Shown here piece after piece: positions 32,167 through 46,379 of a stretch of DNA of 64,000 nt. The notes beneath the pieces are model-generated. The model was given only the letters and a program-made list of their open reading frames with translations. It made no database searches and had not been told where the DNA came from. Every line of letters starts with the position of its first letter. Position 1 is the first letter of the stretch. Made by a program: the position numbers and the translations under genes. The DNA is from Vicugna vicugna (lineage: Eukaryota), in the NCBI GenBank assembly GCA_013265495.1, contig MU061668.1, positions 1,263,164-1,327,163 of the forward strand, written 5' to 3'.

Positions 32167-32906
32167 TGAGTGGGCTGGGGGAATCTTGGCCCCGTGGAAG
32201 TGTCTCTAGGGGTGACAGGGTGGGGGCACTGAGGTGGAAAGTAGAGGCTCCTGGGAAAAGGAGGGGCTGGGCAGTGTCCAGAGGTCTAGGAAGGCAGTGA
32301 GGCAGGGCCAAGCCGTGCCTGCAGGGACACATCTGCTTCGAGGCCCTCACTCGATGGCTCCGTGTCATAGCCGATGAGAAGGGAGACTCCCCAGATCCTG
32401 CTCCACTTGTGCCCCCAGGGCACTGAGATCATCTTGATTGTTGACTAGACTCATGGAGGAATTCTTTAGGGGAGAGGAGAGTTTTATACCAGGAAGCAGT
32501 GAAGGAGAGGCCATAGGCACTACTTCTGTGAGGTCTTTTAAGAGAAGCACACGCTCTTGGCAGCCAGATACTGATTTTGTCTGGTTTTCATAAGGAACTG
32601 TCCGTGAAGCCGTGACTCTCATGCTGTGCACGTTCCATTTCCCACTTTGGTGCCTGAGGTCTTCTATACTCAGGCTCCTGGACTACAGGCACACACTCCA
32701 TTTCTGTTCCCCTTGGGCTTCTCCTGAGCCTCCACCATCTCCCTGAGATCTGTCCTTCCCAACAGACTCCCCAAGCAGTGCCAGCAGGTGTGAAGGGGCC
32801 TCAGACCATACGAGGCAGGGGAAGCCGGACTGCCTGCAGGAGTCCACCGTTCTTCCAGCGAGGGCAGAGTCTCAGAGCCCTGCCTGCCTGGGGCCTGCGG
32901 TGATGA

Positions 32907-33290
<384 letters not shown>

Positions 33291-33667
33291 TAGTATCCTT
33301 CCTATTTTACTTTTATTGTGAGTATTACATTTTTATAGTTCAATGTCCTTTATTTTAGGAAGTAACTGTTACAATAGTTGGTAGTTTTATTTTTAATGCT
33401 TGTATGTGGCAATAAGAAAAGTTAGTAGTTCTATATTGGTCTCCCCAGTTTTTGTTTTTACAACTTTACTGTCCATGAAATCAAAAAATCTGGGCGTCAA
33501 AGGTAGCTGATAGACACAAACTCTTTTTTCATTGATTTGGTTATTCAGCTATTCATCAGAGGTTTGTTAAATAATAAATTTATGTTGAATTAGTAATAGT
33601 AAATAATAACTGAATACACTTAATTTACTAATAAAGCAGTTAAGGGTGCTTGTCGCTTCACCGAAGA

Positions 33668-33852
33668 CAGAGTTTCTCATCCCGGGAACTCCTGGCGCTT
33701 TGGGACGGAGAACTCCTTGTTATAGCTGTGCACTGTAGGATATTTACCAGTATCCCCTTCGAGGCCAGTAGTACCCCCTCCCAACTGTGAAAACTAGAAA
33801 TATCTCCAGACATTGTGGGGCAAAATCACCTTGTGCTGAAAATCACCAGTCT
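33668..33852 (-). mobile_element. MER20 (hAT-Charlie) DNA transposon
   Basis: tgcactgtaggatatttaccag…gaggccagtagtaccccc…atatctccagacattg…ggggcaaaatcacc matches the reverse of the recalled MER20 consensus. Confidence 0.75.
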
Positions 33853-34394
33853 AGGGGATAGAAAGTTAAACAGGACCCCTCAGGGAACTCAGAAGAGTAG
33901 GGGAGTAGTAAGAACACGTGGTAGAGAAGGATAAGGGCTGAGAGAGAGGAAGAAGCTCGGAGGGCTGGGGTTCAGAGAAAGATCACAGAACATAAACTCC
34001 ACCCAAGGTAAGCACTCTGGACAGAAGCACCCTTGGAGTTGATGGTGGGCTCAAGTCTATCCCGTGCCCTTCCTGTAATCCTCTACGCGGGCCGCTGGAT
34101 TCCCATTCCTGTATCTCGATTCCTGTAGATCATACCTCTGCTCAGAAACATTCAGTCCCTTGAACATGTCTCACCCTCCCTGCCCCGCTGGCCTGAAATA
34201 CATCTTCGCTCTCTGCCAAGCAAGCCAAACTTTCCCTCCTCAAAGCCCTGCTCAGACTTCCCGTCCTCATGGCACTCCAGCCCGCACCCATTTCTCTCTT
34301 CTCCCAGTGCCCACTGTCTGGATTAAGACATAATCCAGCCTGAAATGACAGATGTCAGTCATCTGACAATTAGTCATGAGATGAAGAGGTTCTC

Positions 34395-34555
34395 TTTGGC
34401 GGCTGCATATCAGAATCACCTGTGGGACTTTAACAGCGACACAGACCCCAGGCACAGCCCCACAGAGATTCTGATTCAGTTCGTCTGTTACGGGTTCTGG
34501 ATTGTGCAGTTTTCCCAAGTCTTTTCTGTTGCTTGACCAGTTCCAAGATCCCTAA
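34395..34555. mobile_element. MER5-like DNA transposon relic
   Basis: cagaatcacctgtggga…cccaggcacagccccacagagattctgattcagt is a MER5 hallmark. Confidence 0.65.
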
Positions 34556-34629
34556 CCCAGGGGTGTATTCCATTGTTGTTGTAATATTTACCTGTTTGTA
34601 GTTGTATAAAAAGTTTACAATCCAAAAAT

Positions 34630-34900
34630 ATTATGAATGGGTTGCAGGCAGGCACCATGTATTATATGTCAGTGTTGCCAAGTGGACAGAGAACTGGGAT
34701 GAGAATCTGAGGAGCCAGGTACTAGTGCCAGCTTTGCTAAACGCTGGCTGTGCAGCCTTGTGAAAGTGACTCAGCTTCTCTGAGTCCTGGTGCCTCATCA
34801 GTCCTAGGTGGGTCACCCGACCCTCCCTCCCGCTTCACACTGCTTTTGTGAGAACTAAATGAAACAATGGCGATATGAGGGTGCTCTGACATCACTAACG
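34630..34900. mobile_element. MIR fragments
   Basis: cagcttctctgagtcctggtgcctcatc…cttttgtgagaactaaatgaaacaat is MIR core-like. Confidence 0.55.
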
Positions 34901-35229
34901 TGCTCTGGCAGTGTGTTGCACTGTACATTGCTCTGTTCTCGGGAGCTGCACGCAGAAATGCACGGTAGGGGCTGGTGCCGTCAGGAGTGGCCTGGAAGAC
35001 AAAGTGGCCCCTGAGTTGTTCATGAGTGTGTGTGCGTGAGATTTCCCGCAGCTATAGGGAAGCAAGGAGAGCACTCTGGGTCGTGTGATGGCATCTGTAA
35101 AGGCTGGGAGTTGGGACTCAGATGGCATCATTAGAAGTTCACAAGTGCTTCTCATGAAGTAAAAGAAGGCGAGAGCTGTATGTGTCGTAGGGCGGAGGCA
35201 TCGGATGGCAGGCTGAGGAGTTTGCATGC

Positions 35230-36920
35230 TGTCTTGGAGGCTGCAGTGACCAGTTTGCTTTTGCCCAGATATTTACTGTTGCCAGCATTTTTCATTCCTC
35301 TCTGAAAATCTGTTTCCCTCTGGTGTCATGTCTCTTTAGCCTGAAGATCTTCCTTTAGCATTTCTTGAAATGCAGATGTGCTGGCAAAAACATGCTCTGT
35401 TTTCTTCCATGTGAAAAATGTCTTTATGAAAGGATATTTTTGCTGGATATGGAATTCTGGGCTGGATTTCTTTTTCTTCCAGCATTTTAAAGATACTGTT
35501 CCATTGTGTCTGTCCTCCATAGCTTCTGGTGAGATATCTGTAGTTATTCAAGCCACTGTTAATTTTCTCTAGCCGCTTTCAGAATCTCTCTTTTCTTTAG
35601 TTTTCTAAGTTTGACCGTGTGTCTGGGTGGTGTTGTCTTCATATAAACTGTTGGCAGTTTACTCAGCTTCTTTAATCTGTAAATTTACATCTTGCACCAA
35701 ATTTGGGGAGCCTTCTGCCATTATTTGGGGGGGGGGAATGTGCTCCAATATCTTCCCTTTTCTTCTGAGACTCCGACTACATGTATTTTAGACCTTTTAA
35801 TACTGTCCCGGAGGTCCCTGAGGCTCTGTTCTTTTTGTCATTGTTCAGCATTTTTCTGTTTACTTCTCTGATTGGATAGTTTAGCTGGATCTATCTCCAA
35901 GCTCACTGACTTTATTCTGTCATTTCTATTCTGCTGTAAGGCTAATCCTGTGAAATTCTAGAATCCCAGGTACATATTTTCTTTTCTTTTTTGTGGGGAG
36001 GAGAGCAGGGGGAGGTAATTAGGTTTATTTGTTTATTTTTTAATGGAGGTACTGGGGATTGAACCCAGGACCTCGTGCATGCTAAGCACGTGCTCTACCA
36101 TTTGAGCTATACCCTCCCCCCTTATACATTTTCAACAGTAGAATTTCCATTTAGTTCTTTTTCACTTTTTCTATTTCCTGCTGAGATTTCCTAATTTTTT
36201 TTCACTGCAAGTATGTTTTCCTTTGCCTCATTGAGTATAGTTAAATAACCTGCTATAAAGTCCTTGTCTGATAATGTCAGCATCTGAGACGTAGCACACA
36301 GGATTGGTTATCCGCTTTGAGAACTGTTCACACTTCACTGATTGTTCACATGTTGAGTAATTTTGGATTGCTGACATTGGAGTCTCTGAATCCTAATGTA
36401 TTTCTCTGAAGAGGGTTGATGTTTCTGTTCTAGCAAGCAATGGACTTGGTTAGACTCACGCCACCAACTTTGTCTCACCTACAGTGGGCAGCAAGTCAAA
36501 TCTCACTTCAGTTTTTTGTTTGCCTAGGAGCAAGCTGCCTTGAGTCCGCACTGCTCGCGCGTGGTTCAGGGATCAGACCAAGCTGTGGACTGTTTATTTA
36601 TAGAACTTGGGGCTCTGGGTCTCTGACCCTTCTGAAATCCTCTCCTTTCCTGTGACTGTAGTTTGCCCCAGGTTCTGTCCTTTGGTTCTTTGGGCCAGAA
36701 AGATGGTGGTTTTGGCCATGACTGTGGCCTGCCTTCAAGCTAACACTAAAAATGAAAGGCATCCTATGCTGGGCCTTTTAAGTTTGGGCTCTTCAAAATC
36801 TGCCTGCTTTTGCTCACTCTTCTGGGCCTTTGGTCGTTGTTTTCTGTATTTTTTTTCAAGTTCTATGGGAGGGTCAGCCTGTTGGGAGCGGATGCAGCTA
36901 GATTGGGAGTATAACCAGCC
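35230..36920 (-). mobile_element. Antisense 5' half (5' UTR and ORF1) of an old L1
   Basis: The minus strand encodes an ORF1-like peptide (QWNSIFKMLEEKEIQPRIPYPAKISF); an L1M-type 5' region lies at about 36420-36920. Confidence 0.8.
35977..36121 (-). mobile_element. Second tRNA-derived SINE (Vic/VicSINE-like)
   Basis: Reverse complement reads ggggagggtatagctcaaatggtagagcacgtgcttagcatgcacgaggtcctgggttcaatccccagtacctcc…aataaacctaattacctcccc, the same family as 21474. Confidence 0.9.
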
Positions 36921-38616
36921 AGTTAGTTTTTAAGTTGAGAGCTGGCATGCTCGGTCCAGCGTTTGTGTGGAAGGTGGACTGGAGAGGGGAAGATGAGTGG
37001 ATGGGACTAGTGGAAAGACTAGTTAAGGGTTACTAGCCAGGCCGGGCCTGATGGAGGGTAGTTGTAATATGTTTTGAAAGGGCTATTTGAGTGAAGGAAG
37101 TCGGTGGCATTCAGAAGTGGGCTCTAGGGGATAAATGAGAGGAGGGAATTACAGATGACCCCACGTGGAGGGTGTGTGTCTGGGCGGAAGTGAAGAAGTT
37201 TCTGAGAGACTCAGGGATCCATGTGGTTTTAGAGGGGCTGATTCTGCTCAGTGGGCATATCTCACTGGGCCCTTGTGATGGGGGTCCTCACATAGGGTCG
37301 GAGATGGTGGGTGATGGACACCTGTGCCTGGCTCATGACCTCCCAGGAAGATGAGCAGTGGCTGAGTTGGTAGAGCACCATCTTTGGGACACTGGGGAGA
37401 GGAAAAGAAACCACCCAGAGAGCAGGATACTTAGAAACAGTGAAACCTTTGCTTATTTAACCTGTGAGATCTGCTCAGCATCCCAGAGAAAGATTCTGTT
37501 ATTGTCCCAAGGTTCAGAGAAGCTAAGCAGCCTGCCTCAAAGTGCCCGGCTAGCAAGTGGCAGTCTTGTCCAACCACAGCTCACAGCTCTAGTCTCCCCT
37601 CTCTAGGAGGAGAACCAGCGGCGGCAGTGTCTCTGTAGGGTGAGAGTGATGGACAGGTTTGCAGGTGTCAGAGACCTGGCAGGAAGATGGTCATGATCAG
37701 ACGTTGCCAGGGTGTGGAAGGGACTAGCATCCAGACTGCAGAGAATAAGGAAGGGGCCTGGTGGGGAGGAAGCTGAGTGTGGATCTTTAGACCATTAAGT
37801 GCAGTCGTAGAAGGACATGGAAGGAGTGCGGTGGAGAGTGCTTTCTTGTTTCTGAGGGGTCCCGCGGTGCGTGTCGGTCAGGGGCGTGAGGACTGGGGAG
37901 GTGCCACCAGGCAGACGTAGGGCTGCAGGCTCCCAGGCCCTCAGGTGGAGCCGCCGTGCGTGTGATTGCACACGTGAACCGTCCGGGGCCCCACATGTGT
38001 GCTACTCTGCCGTGTCCTGACTTTACCTGCTCGTGTGCAGTGTGGGCCTTTGTGGTTTATGCAGCCACTTCCATGATCTTTATCTCATCTGAGCCTAAGA
38101 GTAGCCTTTCAGCTCTTCCACAGTGAAGACTGGGAGCTTCAGAGAGGCCCTGGGGCTTGCTCATGGGAGGCAGAACTGGGACTCACCCCCGACCACAGAG
38201 GTCTCAGTGAGGACAGAGTGGCTCTAAGGGCCGCTCACCCTCCCCCGGCTTCTCTCTGGAACGGCCACATAGGGAATCCCACCCTTTTGGAAGTGATGAG
38301 AAAGGGGGGCACCTCCTCAGGGGAAGAGTGGCGACGTCCTGGGTGAGTGCAGGGGAGGGAATGGAGCACGTGTGCTCGGCCCTGGCGGGGTTCCCTCCTG
38401 CCACCTGCCCACTACCTGCAGAGGGGCAGTTCTGGGCCCTGCCAAGGCAGTGCTGCGTGTGCGGAGCGGGACTCCTGGGCAGACTCTGGGGCAGTGTTAC
38501 CCGCGCTGCATTCCTGTCCAGCTCTCCCAGAACTGAAGCCGACTCGCCCTTTGGTCACCTATGTCTCCTTCACAGCTGCTTCCAAGTTTGACTTGGGAAG
38601 TGAACGGACAGTGTGA

Positions 38617-38994
<378 letters not shown>

Positions 38995-39189
38995 TGAGCC
39001 CAGGGCATCTCAGCATGGGTCGTCACTTCGCATCTCAGTGCCTTTGCCCTTCCTGTCTCCCCTTCCCTGTACAAGGCCCCCCTCATTCTCCGCCTATGGA
39101 CTCCTACTCACCGCTCCCTGTCTGCCCTGAGTACCACCTTCTCTGGTAAGCTTCTACCAAGAGTCTTCCAGTTGTGATGGAATCCAGTG

Positions 39190-39670
39190 CAGACTAGCTT
39201 AAGCATGGAAAGAGCCTGTACTGGCTCAGTAAACTGTAGTCAGTCTGTAGATAGGCAGCTTCAGGAATGGCTAGATCCAGGCCCTCAGATGATTCCATTG
39301 GATCTTCCCATCTCTTGGCTCTGCCTTCCTCTTTGTTGGCTTTATTCTCAAGGAGTTTCTCTCCTTTTGGTGACAAAATGGTCATGAGCACCCCTGGGCT
39401 CACTAATCTACCAGCTTCAGCCTCCCTCAGAGAAAGAGGGCTTCTCTTTCCTAAGTGCTCCAGTAGAAGTGCCAACACCAACATTATTGGCTCTATCTGC
39501 TGCCCGCTGCTGAAACGTTCTCTGTGGCCAGGAGTGTGTGTTGCTCTCACTGGCCAGGCTCAAGTGTCATGTCCATCCCAGGAGCAGAGGGGTGTACCAG
39601 TTGGGCAGACGATGAGGCAGGAGTGTATTCCTAAAGGAAAGTGGTGGTGCTGATACCAGAAGAGGGAGAG
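39190..39670. mobile_element. MaLR (MLT1J/K-like) LTR relic
   Basis: ggcagcttcaggaatggctagatccaggccctca…tctgccttcctctttgttggctttattctca…aaaatggtc are MLT1-type motifs. Confidence 0.65.
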
Positions 39671-41282
39671 GTGGTGCTGGACAGGATAGCTGCCCGCGTG
39701 CTGATGACCCTCTCCACCACCCCCTGCCCGTCCCAAGTAGAGTCGCCTCCCCCTGCCCTACCCTCCCAGCCCTGACTCACCTCCACCCCAGCACTGCCTT
39801 CCTGCAAGCCAGCCTTCACTACCAAACCGGGAATTCCCTGCAGTTCCTTCTGCTGTCTGTTGCCCCCGGGCCCAGCACAAGGACTGCTTCACATGAAGTA
39901 CTTGCTCAGGGGGCGAGTGGAGGCAGGAAACCCAGTTCTTCATTCACTGGGTCTTTGTGGATCCTCCTGTGTGCCTGGTCAAGAGTCAGCATTGTGGAAA
40001 GAGGCGGGGAGGATGAAGGGGACAGAGTCCCTGATGCCCAAGGAGTTTATCGTCTAGAGGACAGTTGACATTCACCATGAGACTGGGGTGGCCCAGGGCT
40101 CCGGGGTGGCGCCGGCTGCCTGTGTCACACACAGGCGCTGCGTGGGACTGGGTCCCTCAGGAGGGCCTCTTGGGGCGGGGTCGAGGAGACCACACCCTCC
40201 AGTCTGCCTGAGGCCAGTCCCGGTGTTCACCCGTCAGCCCGGGGACTAGTAGTAGCACCCCTTCCCTCCCAGAAGGTTTGGAGGATACGTTACAGTCACC
40301 CAGCGGGGGGCCCTGCACTGTGAGGGCATTGCCACCGTAAGCCGCAGGCTGGCTGCCCACAGGGCGGACAGCACCCCCGGGAGCAACCGGCCTCACGTCT
40401 GCCCTTTACACGGGGACACGGGAGGCAGGCGTCTGTTGGAGACCCATGTCGTCTGAACAAGACACAGAGGACAGCTGCGCTTCTCCTGGAGGGAGGTGGT
40501 GCCCCTGTTTCTCCCACTGGTCCTTCATTCCAGCAGCATTTCAACTTCATCAGTTCCTTAGCTAATTTGACAAACATGTACCAGCACCTGCGCGTGCCAG
40601 GCTGGCTGCTGGGGACGTAGGAATGAAGGAGTCTCGCTCCCTCTTGTCTCTGAAATTCTCTCAGTCTAATGGAAGGGGCAGCCCATCGACACAGGTCACG
40701 ATCTGGCTTGACTGGCCTGTTGTGCCGGGGGATAGGGGCGCTGTGGGAGCTGCGGGGGTCCATGGGGAGAATGCTTGTTACAGGGGTCTCAGCACCTGGG
40801 AAGCTCGGATCCTGCAACTCAGCCTGCACTCATCACTCCACAGAGCAGAGCAACCCCAGGATTTTGAGCCCATCTGGGCTGAAATGACTCATCTGTCAAT
40901 GTGGCTCCATACGCCGACTCTGAAAGTCATTGTTAGGTGACTAAGTACACGGGATGTAGGGAGTCATGAGTCTGTATTTCTTGAAAACCTTTTAAGACTG
41001 TTTTAAAATGTGCATTTGCTTTTCTTATTGAAGGCAATAGATAATAGAATTTTTTTTTGTTGTTCCCATAACATTGCAGTAGTGCTTTGTTTTTTTTCTG
41101 GCAACCTCTTTCCTCGTAATCTCTGAAATTTGGAACGTGGCTGAGGACCAGGACTTAAGCAGTTGAAGACCCCATGAACAGCCAAGTCCATGTCCCAAAT
41201 GTGCCCTTTAAGGCACAGTCGTTCACATCTTGCATTTCCTTACCTAAACGCAGCCCTAGGGAGCTGGGATCAGAAGAGCAGG

Positions 41283-41590
41283 GCTGTGCTGTCCAGTATG
41301 GTACCCCTGGGTCGCAGATGGTTATTAGGCACTCAAAATGTGACAACTGTAGGTTGAGATGGGCTGTACGTGAGTGGACGTCCTGCGTCAGAGACTTAGT
41401 GTGAAAAGCGAGTGTAATGTTTCTTATTACTCGTTTATTTTGACTGCATGTTGCAATAATCATATTTTTGATGTATTGGGTTAGATAAGCATGTCATTAG
41501 AATTAACTTCTCCTCAGAACGTTTTTCATGGGGCCTCAGGAATGTTTAAAACTACACACGCAGCTCACATCAAACCTCTCCTGGGCGGCG
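41283..41590 (+). mobile_element. MER33/MER3-type hAT DNA transposon
   Basis: ctgtgctgtccagtatggta…aataatcatatttttgatgtattgggttagataa…aggaatgtttaaaactacacacgcagctcacat; about 310 bp. Confidence 0.7.
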
Positions 41591-43514
41591 GGGGCCTAGC
41601 AGGTGGGGTCCGCAGTCAGGGAAGCTCACAGAGGTAGTTTGACAGTGCTGAAGGCGGCTGGAAAGTTGTGTATTAAAAGGAACATTGTAATTCAAAAGAC
41701 ATAACCGTCCTGGGGGCACTTAGCAGAGCGATAAAGAGACAGATACATGAAGGCGGCTTCTGAAAACCAGAGAGTAGTCGTTAGGGTTGAGCCAAGAGGC
41801 TGACTTGTCAAAAAGCGTTCAGGTCATGACCTCTTCTATTTTAGAATGCGGGGAGGTGAACTGTATGTTACAGCCTTCTAACTAGATCAACAACAAATGA
41901 GGAAATATCAGATTTATTATGGATTTAGCTAGCTTCCAGATTAAGCATCTTGGAATATTTTTACATGAGATCCTGAGGCTCAGCGAATTGTCTTATCTTA
42001 GATTCTTGGACTATGAGATCTACCAGAAGCCCCCAAGAAATGTTGCTGGGTGAGGGGGCAGACAGAGAGCCTCGGCGAGGAGGGGGCTTCGGGCCGTGGG
42101 CCAGTCCCTTCCCTTGCTGGGCCTCAGTCTCCGCGTCTGGGTAGTGATATGTACAGGCCCACCCCGCTTTCCCACACCCCTGTCCAGCACTTCTAAAATC
42201 CGTTCAGCTGCAGGTGGGGTGTGTGTGTGTGTGTTTGGGGCTGGCTGTCCCCCATCAGCAAGCCCCTGGCAGTCTAGGGGAGCCGGGGGTGGGGGCAGGG
42301 TGGCCCTCTCCCTCACTCTCTCTGTCACCGGAAAACTTGTTAAATGCTTTCCCCAGACACCCATCACCCTGGAAGGAACCACCCATCAGAGTGACAGGCA
42401 TAATGGCGGTCCCAGCTGTTATGGCCCTGTGGCCAGGCTCCTCTCTAAATATTTCTATCAAGGCAGCACTTTGGAAGCGAGGAAATGCCTCAGTTTAAGT
42501 GCTTTATTAGCCCAGCGCTGCCTCAGATCCTTTTTGGGAGCAAGCCTGGGTATAAATTTCAAATACATAAAATTAGCCCAGAAGCGGCGACTGGGGCCAA
42601 CAAGAAAGACGGTTGCGCTTTACTATTAATTGAGGCATTTTACGCAAGTCCTGGTGCAGAGCAAAGAGGGACACGGGCTGACGTCATTCTTCAGGAAGTC
42701 TGTCCACCGCACACCCCACTCTCTCCACCTGAGGCTTCAGTTCTGCAGAAGAAAAATTACTTCGCACGCCCTCTGTGTGAAGTGGGAGCCATAGACAGCA
42801 TGGATCCTGCCTTCGAGGGGCTGACAAAGTTTAGGGATAAGGAAAGTGAAAAGTGACCAGGACCCTGGGCGGGAGGGATGCGTAGGCGGATGTGCACATT
42901 CAGCGTGGAGAGTGACTGCTGCTGGCTGAGGAAGTCGGCCAGGGCTTCCTGGAGAAACAGTCAGACTCTAGCTGCCATTAACTCTGGAGTCTAGGCCTCG
43001 CTCTGCTTGGCAGAGGCAGAGGTGGAGCTGCAGGGCGGCCTCAGCCGTCCGACAGGGAGCCCCGGAGCCAGAACGGCCCTGTGGAGTAATCCCTGACTGA
43101 GGCAGGGGCTGGGCCTTGGCGCCCCACGGGGACCAGTCAGTCTCTGTAACCCTGGTCCAGGGCAGTTTCTCGGCCAAGAGCTGCCAGCAGGGGTGAGGGG
43201 GATCCTGGGGGGCACTCAACAGGGGGAGACTGGCAGCAAAGGCTCCAGAGAGGCATTTGTCCATCCAGTTATTCATAACACAACAAGCATTAATTGAGCG
43301 CCTTCTGTATGATGGGCATGCAGACACAAAGGAGACCGAGAACTGGTCCTTGTCCTCCAGGAGCATAGGGTCTAGTTGGGAAGACAGGCTCCCACACACA
43401 TGATAACTTTGTGAAGGGCTAACCTCTGTCTTCAGGCAGCATGGAGAGGGCGGAGGGGGTCCCAGGCAAAGACCAGAGGTGGCTGGGTCAGTGTGCAGGG
43501 ATTCGCTGGGCTGA

Positions 43515-43949
<435 letters not shown>

Positions 43950-45100
43950 TGAGAAGGCGACCTCCACCAGCATCAGCTTCTGAGCACTCTCCGTGTGTCT
44001 TAATGTCTTTAATTTCTCTGCGTGATTGCTTTTTCCCTGGTCTCTCCCTTGGTTTTCTGTCACTCTCTCTGTCCCCACCCCCACCCCTGCTCACCTTCTG
44101 GCTCCATCTCCCACGTTGCCCATCCTCTGTCTGCAGCCCCTGTTCCTCTCCTTGTGGAAGTTCTCGATAGAAGTGAGATGAGCAGCCCCCTCACCAGGCT
44201 GTCCCTGTTAGCCCACAGAGCTCCCCCAGGGCCAGTGTGGGCGGCCTCGGGACCCCCTCCCATGTCTGGGCTCTCCTCATTGCTGATGGGCCTGGGGACA
44301 AAGGAACATTCCCGCCCCCCGACTCCATGCCACCCCCTGGCTGGGCCCAGAGAGGCTGTGCTGCCCACCGCGGACTCCCTGGGGGGGTTTCTCCTTGTCC
44401 CTAAAGACTTAGTTCAACTAGGTGCCTCCTCCAGGAAGCCTTCCCTGACCTCCTAGCAGAACAGGTCACACTCTCCTCTGGGCTCGCATAGCATTATGAA
44501 TCTTATTATCTAGCATTTGAATATTTCTTTGTTTTCCCATGCCCCACTACATCCCTGCTAGGAGTTCCCAGAGGCAGGGAACCCTGTATGGGGTCATCTC
44601 TGTATGCCCGGTGCCCAGCTTTCAATAAATGTTTGGTAAGTGAGTGAAGGAATGAGAGGTACCTGGCCTCAGAAGTTCTCCAGTCTAGTAGGGAAAGCAA
44701 ACAAGAACACAAATAAATACGATGTAACAGAGAGTGTAGATGGAAATGACTTAAACATGGAGGCACAGGGAACAGCATGGATGTACTCTGTACCCAGTCT
44801 ATTCTGAGTGTTACAAAGGACACAGAGCCGAGTGACACAGGCCCTTGGAGGAGGAGGGATCTAAGCTGGGTTTTGATGAAAGAACAGAAATGAGGTTGCC
44901 GCGTTCTTAGATTCGGCCAGCACTTCCTGATCCACTAACTGCATCTGGCCCGGAGCACCGTGCCACACACCGAGAGGCCGCAGCCCTGCGGCAGAACCAG
45001 CAAGAGTGAAGGCCCAGAGAGGGAGATGTGCAGTCTCACAGGGGCGGTGGGGGGGGCCGGGCCACAAGGTGGGTGACAGCGGCTGTGTCTCTGCTCGCAG

Positions 45101-45353
45101 GCCTGTTAACCATTGAATATCCAGTAAGGGAAGAGGCGGAAGTCAGTCAAGCCAGGTTAAAATCTGGGCCCATTCCCGAGCGAGGCAACAAGCTAAGTTT
45201 ATACTCGGGAGAAATCCTTTTATTACAATCCCAGTCAGTCCGACCTGAGTCCTTGATTGAAGAGTCTTCGAAAGAAGAGCCTGGGTCGGCTCCTGTGAGC
45301 CCCGCTCGGAAGAAGACCTTCAAAGTCCAAGCCAAGGCCATGGTCACAGCCAG
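45101..45353 (+). CDS. C3orf20: C3orf20 coding exon 10
   Basis: ctcgcag| acceptor, CAG|GTGAGC donor. 253 nt, phase 1 to 2. GLLTIEYP…KLSLYSGE…SAPVSPARK…VTAR. Confidence 0.92.
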
Positions 45354-45571
45354 GTGAGCTGGGGCCTCATTTCTTCTGGCTTCTGTGGGTCAGATGCTGT
45401 GATGGGTAGGAGACACCAACAGCGAGCAGGACAGACGAGGCCCCTCCCTCTTGGAGTTGAAATTCCAGGGGTGGGGAAAGAGAGAAGGTAAGCCTGAGCA
45501 GCTGGAATCATTTTAGACAGTGATGGGGACTAGGAGGAAAGTAAATTGGGGAAATGGGTCAGAATAGACCA

Positions 45572-45893
45572 GGGGCTGGCAGCTACAGCCGGGGCCACAT
45601 CTGGTCCCATTGCCTCCCTGAGCTAAGAGTGGTTTTTATGTTTTTAAATACTTGGGAGGAAAAAAGTCAAAAGAATTTTTCATGATGTGAAATGATATGA
45701 AATTCAAGTGACAGGGTCCATAAGTAAGGTTTTATTGGAACACTGACACGCCGACTCATTTACACATCATCTGTAGCTGCTTTCTTGCTAAGACAGATGT
45801 TGCCATTGTGACTCAGACCATCTGACCTGCAAAGACTAGAACTTTTACTGTCTGGTTCCGAATAGAAAATGCTGACCAAACCCCAGCATGGAG
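45572..45893 (+). mobile_element. MER58B-like hAT DNA transposon
   Basis: gagctaagagtggtttttatgttttt…atatgaaattcaagtg…ggttttattggaacac…tgacctgcaaagactagaacttttactgtctgg. Confidence 0.75.
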
Positions 45894-45899
45894 AGTGAC

Positions 45900-46230
45900 C
45901 CGGAAGTGGGATGGTTAGGTGGATGGTCGGGGATGCTGTTCTGAGGAGGAGATACTTTAAAGGAGGCTTGAGCGATATGAAGTAGCCACAAAGAAGGATT
46001 GGGGGAGGGGACGTCAGACAGAGGACAAGGCACGTGCAAAGATCTCGAGACAAGAACAAGTTTGGTGTGTGTGAGGGAAAGTGAGAAGACCAGAGTGGAG
46101 CGCTGTGAGGAAGCAGGAAGAGGGATGCAACCTGAGGACCAAGAGCCAGGCAGGAGCCAGGCCAGGGAGCCCTCAGTGTTAGAAGAGGCCGTACCGTAGC
46201 TCCGAGTCTGGAAGTGACATCATCTGATTC
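45900..46230. mobile_element. L2 LINE relic
   Basis: cacgtgcaaagatctcgagac…gtgtgtgagggaaagtgagaagaccagagtgg…agtgacatcatctgattca is L2-like. Confidence 0.55.
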
Positions 46231-46379
46231 ATGAGGTTCTTAGAAAACTTTAAAAAATTATAAGATACATATCCCTCATGTTTTAACTTAAAAAATTATA
46301 TAAAATATAGAAAAATGAGCAAGTCCTAAATGTATAGCTCAATGTGTATCACAAAGTGGACATACCCTATAATGCCCAA

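Noticed and set aside
33293-33302. Second GTATCCTT (U12 donor-like); also ATATCCTT at 60577-60584
   Set aside because: Neither is at an exon boundary defined by protein homology and no matching branch site is apparent. About one such 8-mer is expected by chance.
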